Source of the DNA: Bdellovibrionales bacterium
Lineage (GTDB): Bacteria > Bdellovibrionota > Bdellovibrionia > Bdellovibrionales > UBA1609
Reading direction: 5' to 3'
DNA length: 64,000 nt
Assembly: GCA_965203935.1 (NCBI GenBank)
Contig: OZ241921.1
Coordinates: forward strand, 839,354-903,353
Made by a program: the position numbers and the translations under genes. The notes beneath the pieces were generated by a model. That model had not been told where the DNA came from and ran no database searches. It saw only the letters and a list, made by a program, of their open reading frames with translations. Shown in pieces: positions 20,262 through 29,271 of this stretch; positions within the stretch are counted from its first letter, which is position 1; each line of letters starts with the position of its first letter.

Positions 20262-21491
20262 ATGAATCTGACAGAAATGACCCAAGCAAATTATTTGTTC
20301 AAGCTGGGTAAAAATCAATGCTCCACAGGGGATTTTCCCCCTGCGATAAGAAATCTTAAGCAGGCAAGCGCCCTTTTTTTAAAGGAAAAAAGCTATCACT
20401 CCTATTTGAAATGCCAACATATTTTAATCATTATGTATACAGAAATGGAGGATTTTCAGGCTGTTGAGCGTGTGCGCGGCGACTTGGCCAAGGTGATATG
20501 GAGCCATAAATATTTGGGCGCGGATTATTCCCGATTTCATTATTCTTTGGGGTTTTGTTTTTTGAGGCAAAAAGAGTACGCCAAGGCTCAGGCGCAGTTT
20601 GAGCAGGCCCTTAATCAAAATCTGAAACTTCAAAGGCGGGCGGGGGAGTGGAAGGATCAAAAAAACCTGCTGATGTCCAAAGTGTCCGCCTGTTATGTCT
20701 CTTACGGGTTTGTATGTCTTTATACTTCCAATAATCAAATTCCCGAGGCTGTGCAGGAGCTGAAAAATCTGGAATCTCTCATCAAACAGCTTAAGGACTT
20801 TCGCGCTCAGCTGAAACCGGCTAAAGGGGAGTTTACAGCGCTCTATGAGGATTCCGTGGAAGAGCAAAACTCTTTGGATTTTATATATAATTTTTCTAAA
20901 GCGAATATTTTAAGGCTGGAGCAAAAATATGAGTCCGCAGAACAACTGTACTGGCTTTGTTATGAGCAGGCTCAGCGCAATGTGAGAAGAAAATATATGT
21001 CTTTGCACTTGTTTTACCACTTAAGCAAAAACTATATCGGGAAAAAAAATTACGAACAGGCCGCTTTGTTTCTGGATCTGGCTAAAAAGTCTGTTAACCC
21101 CGATATTTTTAAAGACATGAACGCCAAAATCAATCAAACTTATGAAGAGCTGAAAACCGCCATGACAGACAACTATGATATTGTAGTGAACTTTGACAAT
21201 AAAATGATAGTGGAAAAGCAAAAAGGCTATATTGAGATCCGCAACCAATTTGTTTTGTTAGACATGCTGAAGCTGTTTGTTTCTCATCAAGGCGCTGTGT
21301 ATTCAAAAGAAATGCTGGTGGAAAAAGTTTGGAAACAAAAATACGACCCCCGTGTGCATGACAATAAAATATATGTGACTGTTAAGCGACTTAGGGAATT
21401 AGTTGAGCCGGATCATAAAAAACCAAAGTATATTTTCAGAACAAAACAAGGATATTATATCAGTAAAAATGTAAGAATTTTACTTAAGTAA
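20262..21491 (+). CDS. transcriptional regulator with N-terminal TPR-like helical domain and C-terminal OmpR/PhoB-type winged-helix DNA-binding domain
   Basis: The C-terminus (VLLDMLKLFVSHQGAVYSKEMLVEKVW...NKIYVTVKRLRELV...IFRTKQGYYI) fits the trans_reg_C pattern (LL..L....G.v.sre.L...vW......r.vdv.I.rLR.KL....I.TvrG.GY). The N-terminus resembles a TPR-like repeat region. There is no receiver domain. Confidence 0.6.
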   Translation: MNLTEMTQANYLFKLGKNQCSTGDFPPAIRNLKQASALFLKEKSYHSYLKCQHILIIMYTEMEDFQAVERVRGDLAKVIWSHKYLGADYSRFHYSLGFCFLRQKEYAKAQAQFEQALNQNLKLQRRAGEWKDQKNLLMSKVSACYVSYGFVCLYTSNNQIPEAVQELKNLESLIKQLKDFRAQLKPAKGEFTALYEDSVEEQNSLDFIYNFSKANILRLEQKYESAEQLYWLCYEQAQRNVRRKYMSLHLFYHLSKNYIGKKNYEQAALFLDLAKKSVNPDIFKDMNAKINQTYEELKTAMTDNYDIVVNFDNKMIVEKQKGYIEIRNQFVLLDMLKLFVSHQGAVYSKEMLVEKVWKQKYDPRVHDNKIYVTVKRLRELVEPDHKKPKYIFRTKQGYYISKNVRILLK

Positions 21492-21579
21492 GGGGGGCAT
21501 ATTATGATACATTGGTTTAGTTTAAAGATGGACGATAATCCTCTTCCCATACCTATACCTGGCATAGGGTGAAGAACCG

Positions 21580-22272
21580 GTGAAGCTTTTTATTTACGAT
21601 CATTGCCCTTATTGTGTGAAAGCCCGTATGATTTTCGGCTTAAAAAATATAGCTGTTGATTTAGTTACCCTTCTTAATGACGATGAAAAAACCCCCGTTG
21701 GTATGATTGGGAAAAAAATGGTGCCGATTTTGGAAAAAACGCCCGGCCGATTTATGCCGGAGAGCATGGACATTGTGCAATTTATTGATAAAAAACACCC
21801 CCCGGCCCTTGTCGTGAAAGAAGAAGACGAAGATCTGTTAAGCTTGTTGGATGAAGCGCGCACAGCCTGTTACAGTTTGGTCATGCCCAGGTGGCTTAAT
21901 TCTGAAATGGAGGAGTTTAAAACCCCTCTTGCGCGAAAGTATTTTCAGCAAAAAAAAGAAAAAATGATTGGGCCTTTTGCCACAGCTTTAAAAAACACAA
22001 AAATTTTTAAAAAAGAAGTGGAAAATCTTTTGTTAAAAACAGAAGACAGGTTTTTGCAAAAAAGCAAAACCCGCGGGGCACACCGCAGGTGGTACTTGGG
22101 AGATCAAATCAGCTTTAATGATTTTCATCTGTTCGCTTTTTTAAGAGGCTTAAGTATAGTAAAAGATCTTTGTTTCCCCCCCGCTTTAGCACACTACATG
22201 AAACATTGCTCGAAAAAAACCCGCATTCCCCTAAACATCAGCCCTTTAAACCAACTGGCAGGCAGGAGGTAA
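21580..22272 (+). CDS. grxB: glutaredoxin 2
   Basis: MKLFIYDHCPYCVKARMIFGLKNIAVDLVTLLNDDEKTPVGMIGKKMVPILEK...FMPESMDIVQFIDK is near-identical in pattern to E. coli Grx2 (MKLYIYDHCPFCVKARMIFGLKNIPVELHVLLNDD...QVPILQK...YMPESMDIVHYVDK). Confidence 0.88.
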   Translation: MKLFIYDHCPYCVKARMIFGLKNIAVDLVTLLNDDEKTPVGMIGKKMVPILEKTPGRFMPESMDIVQFIDKKHPPALVVKEEDEDLLSLLDEARTACYSLVMPRWLNSEMEEFKTPLARKYFQQKKEKMIGPFATALKNTKIFKKEVENLLLKTEDRFLQKSKTRGAHRRWYLGDQISFNDFHLFAFLRGLSIVKDLCFPPALAHYMKHCSKKTRIPLNISPLNQLAGRR

Positions 22273-22274
22273 AA

Positions 22275-22706
22275 ATGGAAGAAGATGTGGCTATTGTCAG
22301 AATTAAAGAACAAAACTTTAGAGCATTTAGTTGTTTTCAGATAGCTGATCGCCAAGGTGATAAGGTGATTTTCATCAAATACGGTGTGGAACACCTTTTG
22401 AAGCCTCTTATAAAAGAAAACAACACAAATACTTTTATTAAAAAAATGGAGAAGTACACAAAAGATTTTTTGTTAAAAAATCTGAAAGATCCGGAGGAGA
22501 TTATTTTATCAGGCGGAATCAAAAACGAAAAAGGCGAAGAATATAATGTGGCCTTTCACAAGATACCTGCTTTGGTGTTCGCCTTTCTTTTAAAGCCCAT
22601 TAGCTCTGCCGAGTTGCGTGAACTGGAGCGCACTGCAACAGGAAAAATTTACCTTACAGGGGATATAAATAACCCAATCAAAACCGAAAAGGATTTTATT
22701 CAGTAA
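22275..22706 (+). CDS. hypothetical protein (143 aa)
   Basis: ATG at 22275 preceded by ggcaggaggt. The longer ORF in the track (from 22170) would overlap the grxB 3' end. No known motif. Confidence 0.4.
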   Translation: MEEDVAIVRIKEQNFRAFSCFQIADRQGDKVIFIKYGVEHLLKPLIKENNTNTFIKKMEKYTKDFLLKNLKDPEEIILSGGIKNEKGEEYNVAFHKIPALVFAFLLKPISSAELRELERTATGKIYLTGDINNPIKTEKDFIQ

Positions 22707-22875
22707 CAACAGCGGAGCGGAACTTCTTTATATCGCAAGGGCAGGCTCATATAAAACCGGCCAGCCACCTATACATGATGTAAAATTTTCATCCTTAAAA
22801 AAAAATCTTGACACAGCATATAATCCATATTAAATCATGAGCGCTGATCTTTAAAACTTTAATAAGGGGGTTTTA

Positions 22876-23085
22876 TTGTCCTCAATTTTTTGGTTTTTTG
22901 GCTTTTTCCTGTTTTTGTCCTCCTGCACTCCGAGCAGGCCTGTTTCCGTATCCTGTTCAGGGATTAACATTAAAGTAAAAAAAAGCTCCTTAAGTAAAGC
23001 ACAGATACAAGAAAAATGCGCCCGGCTGAGCATAAAGCTTTTTGGACAGATTGAACAAAACCGGCAAATTCTTTTTACTCAATAA
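22876..23085 (+). CDS. small putative lipoprotein (69 aa)
   Basis: TTG start after aagggggttttat. Hydrophobic N-terminus with LSSC lipobox-like motif. Weak. Confidence 0.25.
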   Translation: MSSIFWFFGFFLFLSSCTPSRPVSVSCSGINIKVKKSSLSKAQIQEKCARLSIKLFGQIEQNRQILFTQ

Positions 23086-23202
23086 GCCGAAGAACAGCCA
23101 TCAATGAGGTAAAAGCCGGAACCCGAAACCGACACTTAACAAACGAACAGGTGAATAAGTTATTTCATATCAGTTCCAAAAACATTGAAGTGGATAATGT
23201 AA

Positions 23203-23421
23203 TTGGATTTAACGATTGACAATGTCAGAAATCTGTTTAGAGTTGGTAAAAGAACATTAACCAAAGATGATATTGCGACAAAAATTAAAGATGATCCAAA
23301 TGCATATAAATTCACCCATATCATAGGACATATAGCAAAAAGAAAAGGCTTTAAGGCCATTAAAACCCCATCTGCTCATGGAGGAACCAATGTAATTAGC
23401 TTTGTGGAGCTGGCAAAATGA
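23203..23421 (+). CDS. possible C-terminal fragment of a RES-domain-like toxin (truncated)
   Basis: The frame opens immediately after a TAA stop, with a TTG first codon. The motif KGFKAIKTPSAHGGTNVISF resembles the RES-domain C-terminal pattern GydGi.vPSa..gg.NlvlF. The R/E/S-bearing N-terminal part is absent. Confidence 0.3.
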   Translation: MDLTIDNVRNLFRVGKRTLTKDDIATKIKDDPNAYKFTHIIGHIAKRKGFKAIKTPSAHGGTNVISFVELAK

Positions 23422-23903
23422 AAATACAAAAATTTATAGATATTTTGGATGAATACGGAAGAGTGGCGATAGAGTTTTTTAAAAAAACCGGAAAAGATAT
23501 TTTTACAAATGATCATTTGCTATTGGCTTTAATGGAAGAAAAATGGAGTAGAAAAAAAATCCTTAAATTATTTCGCTTGGGATGGATTATAGATATGGAA
23601 ATAGACACACAGTGCCGTAAAGAAAAAACACATTTTGATAATATACTGCCGATTTATCGTTATTTTGCTGATTATATGAACTGTGGTTGCGCTTTTTTCG
23701 GAGACAAGCGAATCCCTTGGGAGGAGTGGGAGGATCTGGCAAAAGAGCAGGTGGATTTGTTACAAACTTTGGTGGAAGAAAATAAACTGGAAAAATTTGA
23801 AGATGATAAGCGTTATCATGCTTTTTGTGATAAATATGAACAAAGGGAGGAGGAGCTGGTGAAAAAAGGCTACAATCAGCTTTGGGATGGAGAGTATGTA
23901 TAA
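23418..23903 (+). CDS. hypothetical protein (161 aa), translationally coupled to the preceding fragment
   Basis: ATGA overlap with the preceding ORF. Acidic C-terminus. No recognisable motif. Confidence 0.45.
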   Translation: MKIQKFIDILDEYGRVAIEFFKKTGKDIFTNDHLLLALMEEKWSRKKILKLFRLGWIIDMEIDTQCRKEKTHFDNILPIYRYFADYMNCGCAFFGDKRIPWEEWEDLAKEQVDLLQTLVEENKLEKFEDDKRYHAFCDKYEQREEELVKKGYNQLWDGEYV

Positions 23904-23968
23904 GGTGCTGGATTTAACGAAGAACAACCTTAAAAAGATTAAAAAAAACAAGAACGGAGGTAAATAGA

Positions 23969-24910
23969 ATGAAAAAAATCAACCTGCACACACTACTGTG
24001 CCCGGTCAGCCTTGTATTTTGTAGCATTCTGTCGGCAGGAGCGGGCGCTGGCACAACTCAGATGAATCAAGAAAGACAAAGCCTTAGGGAGGAGTTTTCG
24101 CGGTACGCCCATCAAGTAAACAGCTGTGGTGAAACATTAAACAACCTTTCCACGGAGGCTGAAAATGTGCGACAGCTCATCTCTCAAAGAACAGCTGTTT
24201 GTGAAAGCCCTGTAACTACGCGTGAGAGATACAGCAAATGCGTGGATATAACAAATGAAGTTATTTCCAGAACCCAATCTTTCCAAAGCGCTGTTTCAAA
24301 AGCCAAGGAGCTTTGCTCTTTGTTTACCTCTTTATCCTCGGTTGCACAAAAGCTGGAGGCTCCTCTCAAAAGTATGCAGAAAAACCTTAGATATATAGGA
24401 GACGAAGGGCTTGGCAATATAGTGTGGTTTTTTAAAAACTCAGAACAGCAAATTTACGAAAAACATAAACCTCAAGATTGCCTTTTAGATCTTATAAGAA
24501 TTTCAAAGTTTATAGCCAGCCCGATGTGGCAAATGGAAGCGGGACATTTATTTGGAGATATATACAGTTTAAACAGAATTTTGTCTGAACTGCACATAAT
24601 AAAAGATTACGCCCTTACTGTGGAAAAGGTGTGCAATGCCGATGGTTTCAATTTACCGGAGGACAATGAAAAAACACAGGAATATATGCAAAGAAGTATT
24701 ACCAAAATGCAAAACAAAGTAAAAGAAATTACACAAATGGTGGATAATTTGATAAGCAAATATGGTGACATTGATTTTGACACTTTATCCGGGAAGATGT
24801 GTGAAACTTTAAGAGAAAAAAACAGGGATGAACAAGGTGTTTGTGACTTTCCCGTTGACACTCCGGAATGGGCCTACTCCGCGCAATATATGCTTTTTGG
24901 AAAAAAATAA
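23969..24910 (+). CDS. secreted hypothetical protein (313 aa)
   Basis: RBS ggaggt precedes the start. Signal peptide MKKINLHTLLCPVSLVFCSILSAGAGA. Coiled-coil-like composition. Confidence 0.5.
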   Translation: MKKINLHTLLCPVSLVFCSILSAGAGAGTTQMNQERQSLREEFSRYAHQVNSCGETLNNLSTEAENVRQLISQRTAVCESPVTTRERYSKCVDITNEVISRTQSFQSAVSKAKELCSLFTSLSSVAQKLEAPLKSMQKNLRYIGDEGLGNIVWFFKNSEQQIYEKHKPQDCLLDLIRISKFIASPMWQMEAGHLFGDIYSLNRILSELHIIKDYALTVEKVCNADGFNLPEDNEKTQEYMQRSITKMQNKVKEITQMVDNLISKYGDIDFDTLSGKMCETLREKNRDEQGVCDFPVDTPEWAYSAQYMLFGKK

Positions 24911-24933
24911 TTTGCTGATAGGGCGGGGTGTGC

Positions 24934-26820
24934 TTAGATTCTGCGACAGAAGTCTTTTTCCAAGCGGGAAAGGGGGTATTCTACAAAAACCGGACGGCCG
25001 TGCGGGCAAAAACTGGAAAGAGGAAACTCATCCATTTGAGTTAAAAGATCCTGCATTTCCTCACGGCTTAAAGCCTGCCCGGCCCTAACTGCCGAGTGGC
25101 AGGCCATGCTCCCGCATAAATCAGAGATTTTTTTCTCCACTGCGAAACTTCCCCCCACAGATCGAATTTCCTCAGCCAGCTTGGTTAAAGCTTTTTGCAA
25201 GGCCAAGTCCTTTAAAACCGCCGGGGCGGAATGAATCACCAAGCCATCCGGCCCGGCCTGCTCCATTTTAAGACCCAGCTTTAAAAGCTCTTTTTGCACA
25301 GAGAGCAGGGTTTTTACCAATGACTCATCCATATCCAAAGCCAAGGGCACAAGGCGGTTTTGAACATCCCCTTTGCCTGTGTTCCATGATTGCATAAGTC
25401 TTTCGTATAAAATTCTTTCATGGGCCGCGTGCTGATCCACAAAAACAATGGCGGACCGGGTTTGCGCCAAAATGTAAGTAAGGTGAGCCTGAGATAAAAT
25501 ATACAAAGATGACCAATAGTTGTTTTCTTTCTTAATATTTTGCGCCTCTTCCATTTTCATATTTTTAAGGGCGGATCTTATATCTCCTGTTTGCCCCGAC
25601 GGGATAGCAGGATAAGAGGAAGAAAACTCGTTTTTCCCCGCAGGCTTGGTAAAAGTGTGTGGGTTTGAGGGGCTGTCGCTCTCACGCGCTTTTGCCGGAA
25701 AATGAGTTTTGTTAAAGGCCGGCCCTGGAAAAGCCAGTTCTTTTTCCATGTTTCCCCCTGCCGGGGTTTTGCTTTGGCCGGTTGGGATCCAAGGGGCTTT
25801 TTCCAAAACCGCCCGCAGGCTCCCGTGCACCGCCTTAAAAATTAAAGAGGGTTTTTTAAACCTGACTTTGGATTTTGCCGGATGCACATTCACATCCAAG
25901 TCTTCCTGTCGGCAAAAGATATTGATTGCCACAATGGGGTACTCCCCGTGCAGGAGCAAGCCCCGGTAAGCGGCCATAACCGCAGAGTAAATGGCGCTGT
26001 CCTCCACATAGCGCCCCCCTACGAAGAACCAGAGATTTCGGCGGGTGGCCGATGTATCATTAGGCGCGCACAGCACAGCCTCCACTTTTATATCCTGATA
26101 TTGTGTTTTTGTGTAAAAAGTGTTTTTTAAACTTAAGACTTCTTCAGTTCTTTTTTGAAAGCTGTCCTTTGCAGGCCAGTAGAAAAGCAGTTTTTTTTTG
26201 TACAGAACCCGAAACTCCACCTGCGGGCGGGAGAGAGCCATAGCTTTGATAATGTTTTTGATTAAGGCTGTTTCTGAGGATTCCGCTTTTAAAAACTTCA
26301 GTCGTGCGGGGGTTTTTTCAAACAAGTTTTTTACGATGACAGTGGTGCCTTTTTCAGATCCTACGGATTCCACCGGGGTTTTTTTTCCAAATTCACTTCT
26401 TAAACAACCGGCCCGGCTTTGACTTTCCGGCTTTGAGACCAAGGTCAGGTCACTGACTTCTGCAATGCCGGCTAAGGCTTCGCCTCGAAATCCGTAGCTC
26501 CCGATAGCCCATATATCCTGAAGAGAGGAGATTTTACTGGTGCTGTGCGGGGAGAGCGCCAAAGGCAATTCAGTATCCTTAATGCCACAGCCGTTGTCTT
26601 TTATCTGGACAAAACGGCCCCCGTCGGAGAAATGGATCTCAATTTTGTCCGCGCCCGCGTCTAAACTGTTTTCAATCAGCTCTTTTACAAGGTTTGCCGG
26701 ACGCTCCACCACCTCCCCGGCGGCTATTTGGTTTATTACTTCTGTTGAAAGAGGGCGAATGGTTCCCGGTATTTTTGTCATATCAACAAGCAATTTGCCT
26801 TTAAATTTTCGGGCCGTCAA
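24934..26820 (-). CDS. mutL: DNA mismatch repair protein MutL
   Basis: GHKL ATPase motifs INQIAAGEVVERPANLVKELIENSLDAGADKIEI and DNGCGI. The C-terminal dimerisation region has the FVDQHAAHERILYE motif. Confidence 0.9.
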   Translation of the reverse strand: MTARKFKGKLLVDMTKIPGTIRPLSTEVINQIAAGEVVERPANLVKELIENSLDAGADKIEIHFSDGGRFVQIKDNGCGIKDTELPLALSPHSTSKISSLQDIWAIGSYGFRGEALAGIAEVSDLTLVSKPESQSRAGCLRSEFGKKTPVESVGSEKGTTVIVKNLFEKTPARLKFLKAESSETALIKNIIKAMALSRPQVEFRVLYKKKLLFYWPAKDSFQKRTEEVLSLKNTFYTKTQYQDIKVEAVLCAPNDTSATRRNLWFFVGGRYVEDSAIYSAVMAAYRGLLLHGEYPIVAINIFCRQEDLDVNVHPAKSKVRFKKPSLIFKAVHGSLRAVLEKAPWIPTGQSKTPAGGNMEKELAFPGPAFNKTHFPAKARESDSPSNPHTFTKPAGKNEFSSSYPAIPSGQTGDIRSALKNMKMEEAQNIKKENNYWSSLYILSQAHLTYILAQTRSAIVFVDQHAAHERILYERLMQSWNTGKGDVQNRLVPLALDMDESLVKTLLSVQKELLKLGLKMEQAGPDGLVIHSAPAVLKDLALQKALTKLAEEIRSVGGSFAVEKKISDLCGSMACHSAVRAGQALSREEMQDLLTQMDEFPLSSFCPHGRPVFVEYPLSRLEKDFCRRI

Positions 26821-26946
26821 GAGCTAAGTGTGTAAAAATTACATAACTTAAAACTTTTATTTACTTTTTTCTTGCCTTTTCTTGATTTTTCTCAAAAAGT
26901 TGTGCTTTTATTTGATCTCCAACTAATAAACAGGAGAATTTTGTAG

Positions 26947-28335
26947 ATGAAAAAATCAGTAAAAGCGTTTGTGTTTATTATTACCACAGTTCTTGCCTCA
27001 CTACCGGTTGTTGGCAATTCCACTGATAGCTATTCACCACCGGCTGTCAGCGATTTGTCTACAGAGCAAATAGCGATTGTTTCACGGCTTTCCACCGTCC
27101 TGCCTGAAAAAAGAAAGTTTTACACTCATTTTTATTATAATTTGGACTGGGCCATCACCGGCCAATCAGGGCCGGGAATTTTATCAAGCAGTCTTTGGCA
27201 CGCCTTTCAAAAAGGCAAACTAATAGATGACAATAAAAACTTTGAAAAGGGTGAGCAGAACTTTAAAGAGGCTGTGCAGACAGCGTTTTCAGAAACAGAA
27301 AGAACACCCGCAGGAAAAGGAATATATGCTTCAGAAAGTATTATATCCTCCGCTTCGCATACTAATACTCTTGTGGAGGTGGAAGTGGCGCAGGGGTTAA
27401 GATATCTGGATTTAACAGATTTTAAGGTGACGAATGCATTAAAAAGAGCCGGCATTAGTGTACAGGATGTGTACAAGCTTGGTGATGTGTCACTTAAAAT
27501 GACGAACCACTTTTCAGCGAAGAGGCAATGGGTTTTGAAAGATATGGAGAAAGTGTCACTTTCCCCTTTTAGGTTGAGTGCAAAAAGCTTGGTGGAGATT
27601 CAGAATTTACTGCGCCCTATATTTAGTGGTAATTTTAAAAGCTCTCAAGACGATGCAGTCAGAATTATCAAACTGCTGATCCATAACTCCAAATCAGAGG
27701 TGGAACAGCTGATTAGAGTGTTCAATACCACTCCTGCTTTATGGAACCACTTAAACGCTGATTCACAGGATCGGGTGATAGACTCTTTGGTAAGAAACCA
27801 TGTCGAATCAGTGGCGGGGGGAATAGTGTTGTTCCAGAGCTTTCGTAGCGCCGCCACAAATCATGAAAGTGTAAGCATGCTGTTAGAAGGTTTCACAACT
27901 CATAAGCTGACCCCTAAAACCAATGGAGACCAGCTCCCTCAGACCTTTGAGAACACAGGTGTAATTTTTTCTGAAAAGCATGTACTAAGAATATTATCAG
28001 AGGCCAAAAGGCATATTTACTCAGTGGCGGAGGGAATATTTTTAATAAGCTATATGGATTCCGCAAGTCTTTCCGGCCCCATGCAAACACTGCTGGAAAG
28101 GGTATTTCACAAAACACTTTCGCGTGTTAAATCTCTTGAGGATGGCATTTTATTGTTGGACTTCTTAAAGGAAAAGCGACCTCATTTATATATCGTTAAA
28201 AGGGGTGATATTATAGACAAAATATCTCCTTATGTAGATAATATGTCGGTTATGAGACAATTGTCCAATCATATTAGTGATGCGTCTGTTGCGGATATAC
28301 TTCGCCGGCAAAAATGTAGCTTTGGCTTTGAATAA
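26947..28335 (+). CDS. secreted hypothetical protein (462 aa)
   Basis: Signal peptide MKKSVKAFVFIITTVLASLPVVGNS. No known catalytic motif. Confidence 0.5.
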   Translation: MKKSVKAFVFIITTVLASLPVVGNSTDSYSPPAVSDLSTEQIAIVSRLSTVLPEKRKFYTHFYYNLDWAITGQSGPGILSSSLWHAFQKGKLIDDNKNFEKGEQNFKEAVQTAFSETERTPAGKGIYASESIISSASHTNTLVEVEVAQGLRYLDLTDFKVTNALKRAGISVQDVYKLGDVSLKMTNHFSAKRQWVLKDMEKVSLSPFRLSAKSLVEIQNLLRPIFSGNFKSSQDDAVRIIKLLIHNSKSEVEQLIRVFNTTPALWNHLNADSQDRVIDSLVRNHVESVAGGIVLFQSFRSAATNHESVSMLLEGFTTHKLTPKTNGDQLPQTFENTGVIFSEKHVLRILSEAKRHIYSVAEGIFLISYMDSASLSGPMQTLLERVFHKTLSRVKSLEDGILLLDFLKEKRPHLYIVKRGDIIDKISPYVDNMSVMRQLSNHISDASVADILRRQKCSFGFE

Positions 28336-28377
28336 AAAAATCACTTTACGCGCAAGGTATTTATTTTAAGGCGCACA

Positions 28378-29271
28378 CTACAAAAAATTTTTTAATTCTT
28401 TTCTTATAAATTCCGGCTGGGCAAAGGCGGATTGGTGCAGACAGCTGTTGTAGTAAGATAAATTCCAGCCCTTGGTTTCTTTTTTAGTTTTTTCTTTCTT
28501 AAAATCCTTTAAAGGGTGATATTTTTTGGAAGCCAAAGCAAAAGACCAAAGCCCCCCCGGATACACCGTGTTGCTGTAGTTGTATAAAGCGGTTATAGGA
28601 AACACAGACTTAAGAGATTGCAGGATAAATTTTTGTGTCGCTATCTCAAAAAAAGGGGACTCCGCCTGAACCACCAATATCCCTTCATCGGACAGAAGGT
28701 GAAATATATCCTTGTAAAAAGCTTTGCTAAACAAATCCCGGGCCGGCCCGAAAGGATCGGTGGAGTCCACTAAGGCCACATCAAACTTTTGATTTGTTTG
28801 TTTTACGAACTTAACTCCGTCTTGAACTTTTAAGTTTAGTCTTGGATCTTGAAAAGAACAGGATATTTTTGGGAAATATTTTTTAGCTGTTTCCACAACC
28901 ATTTTGTCAATCTCCACCAGCACACAATGAGTAAGGTTTTTGTGGCGAAGCGCCTCGCGGGCGGCCCCTCCATCCCCCCCTCCGATGATCAGCGCTTTTT
29001 CAGGTTTGGGGTGCGTAAACAAAGGAACATGAGCCATCATTTCGTGGTACACAAATTCATCTTTCTCACTTAACATGACAATGCCGTCGTTAAGCAGGAT
29101 GCGCCCGTGCCCTTTAGTTTCCACCACATCAATATACTGATAGGCGCTTTTGCCGGAAAACAAAACTTTCCGACATCGAAAGCGTGTGCCGTAGTAATTT
29201 CTGTGGCGCTCCTCCACCCATAGATCCATGGGTGAAGTTTTTTCGTCCCAGTGTGGTTTTTTTTGTGTCAT
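28378..29271 (-). CDS. speE: spermidine synthase
   Basis: YHEMMAHVPLFTHPKPEKALIIGGGDGGAAREALRH and VEIDKMVVETAKKYFP match the spermidine synthase signature. The start overlaps the stop of the upstream AdoMetDC gene. Confidence 0.9.
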   Translation of the reverse strand: MTQKKPHWDEKTSPMDLWVEERHRNYYGTRFRCRKVLFSGKSAYQYIDVVETKGHGRILLNDGIVMLSEKDEFVYHEMMAHVPLFTHPKPEKALIIGGGDGGAAREALRHKNLTHCVLVEIDKMVVETAKKYFPKISCSFQDPRLNLKVQDGVKFVKQTNQKFDVALVDSTDPFGPARDLFSKAFYKDIFHLLSDEGILVVQAESPFFEIATQKFILQSLKSVFPITALYNYSNTVYPGGLWSFALASKKYHPLKDFKKEKTKKETKGWNLSYYNSCLHQSAFAQPEFIRKELKNFL

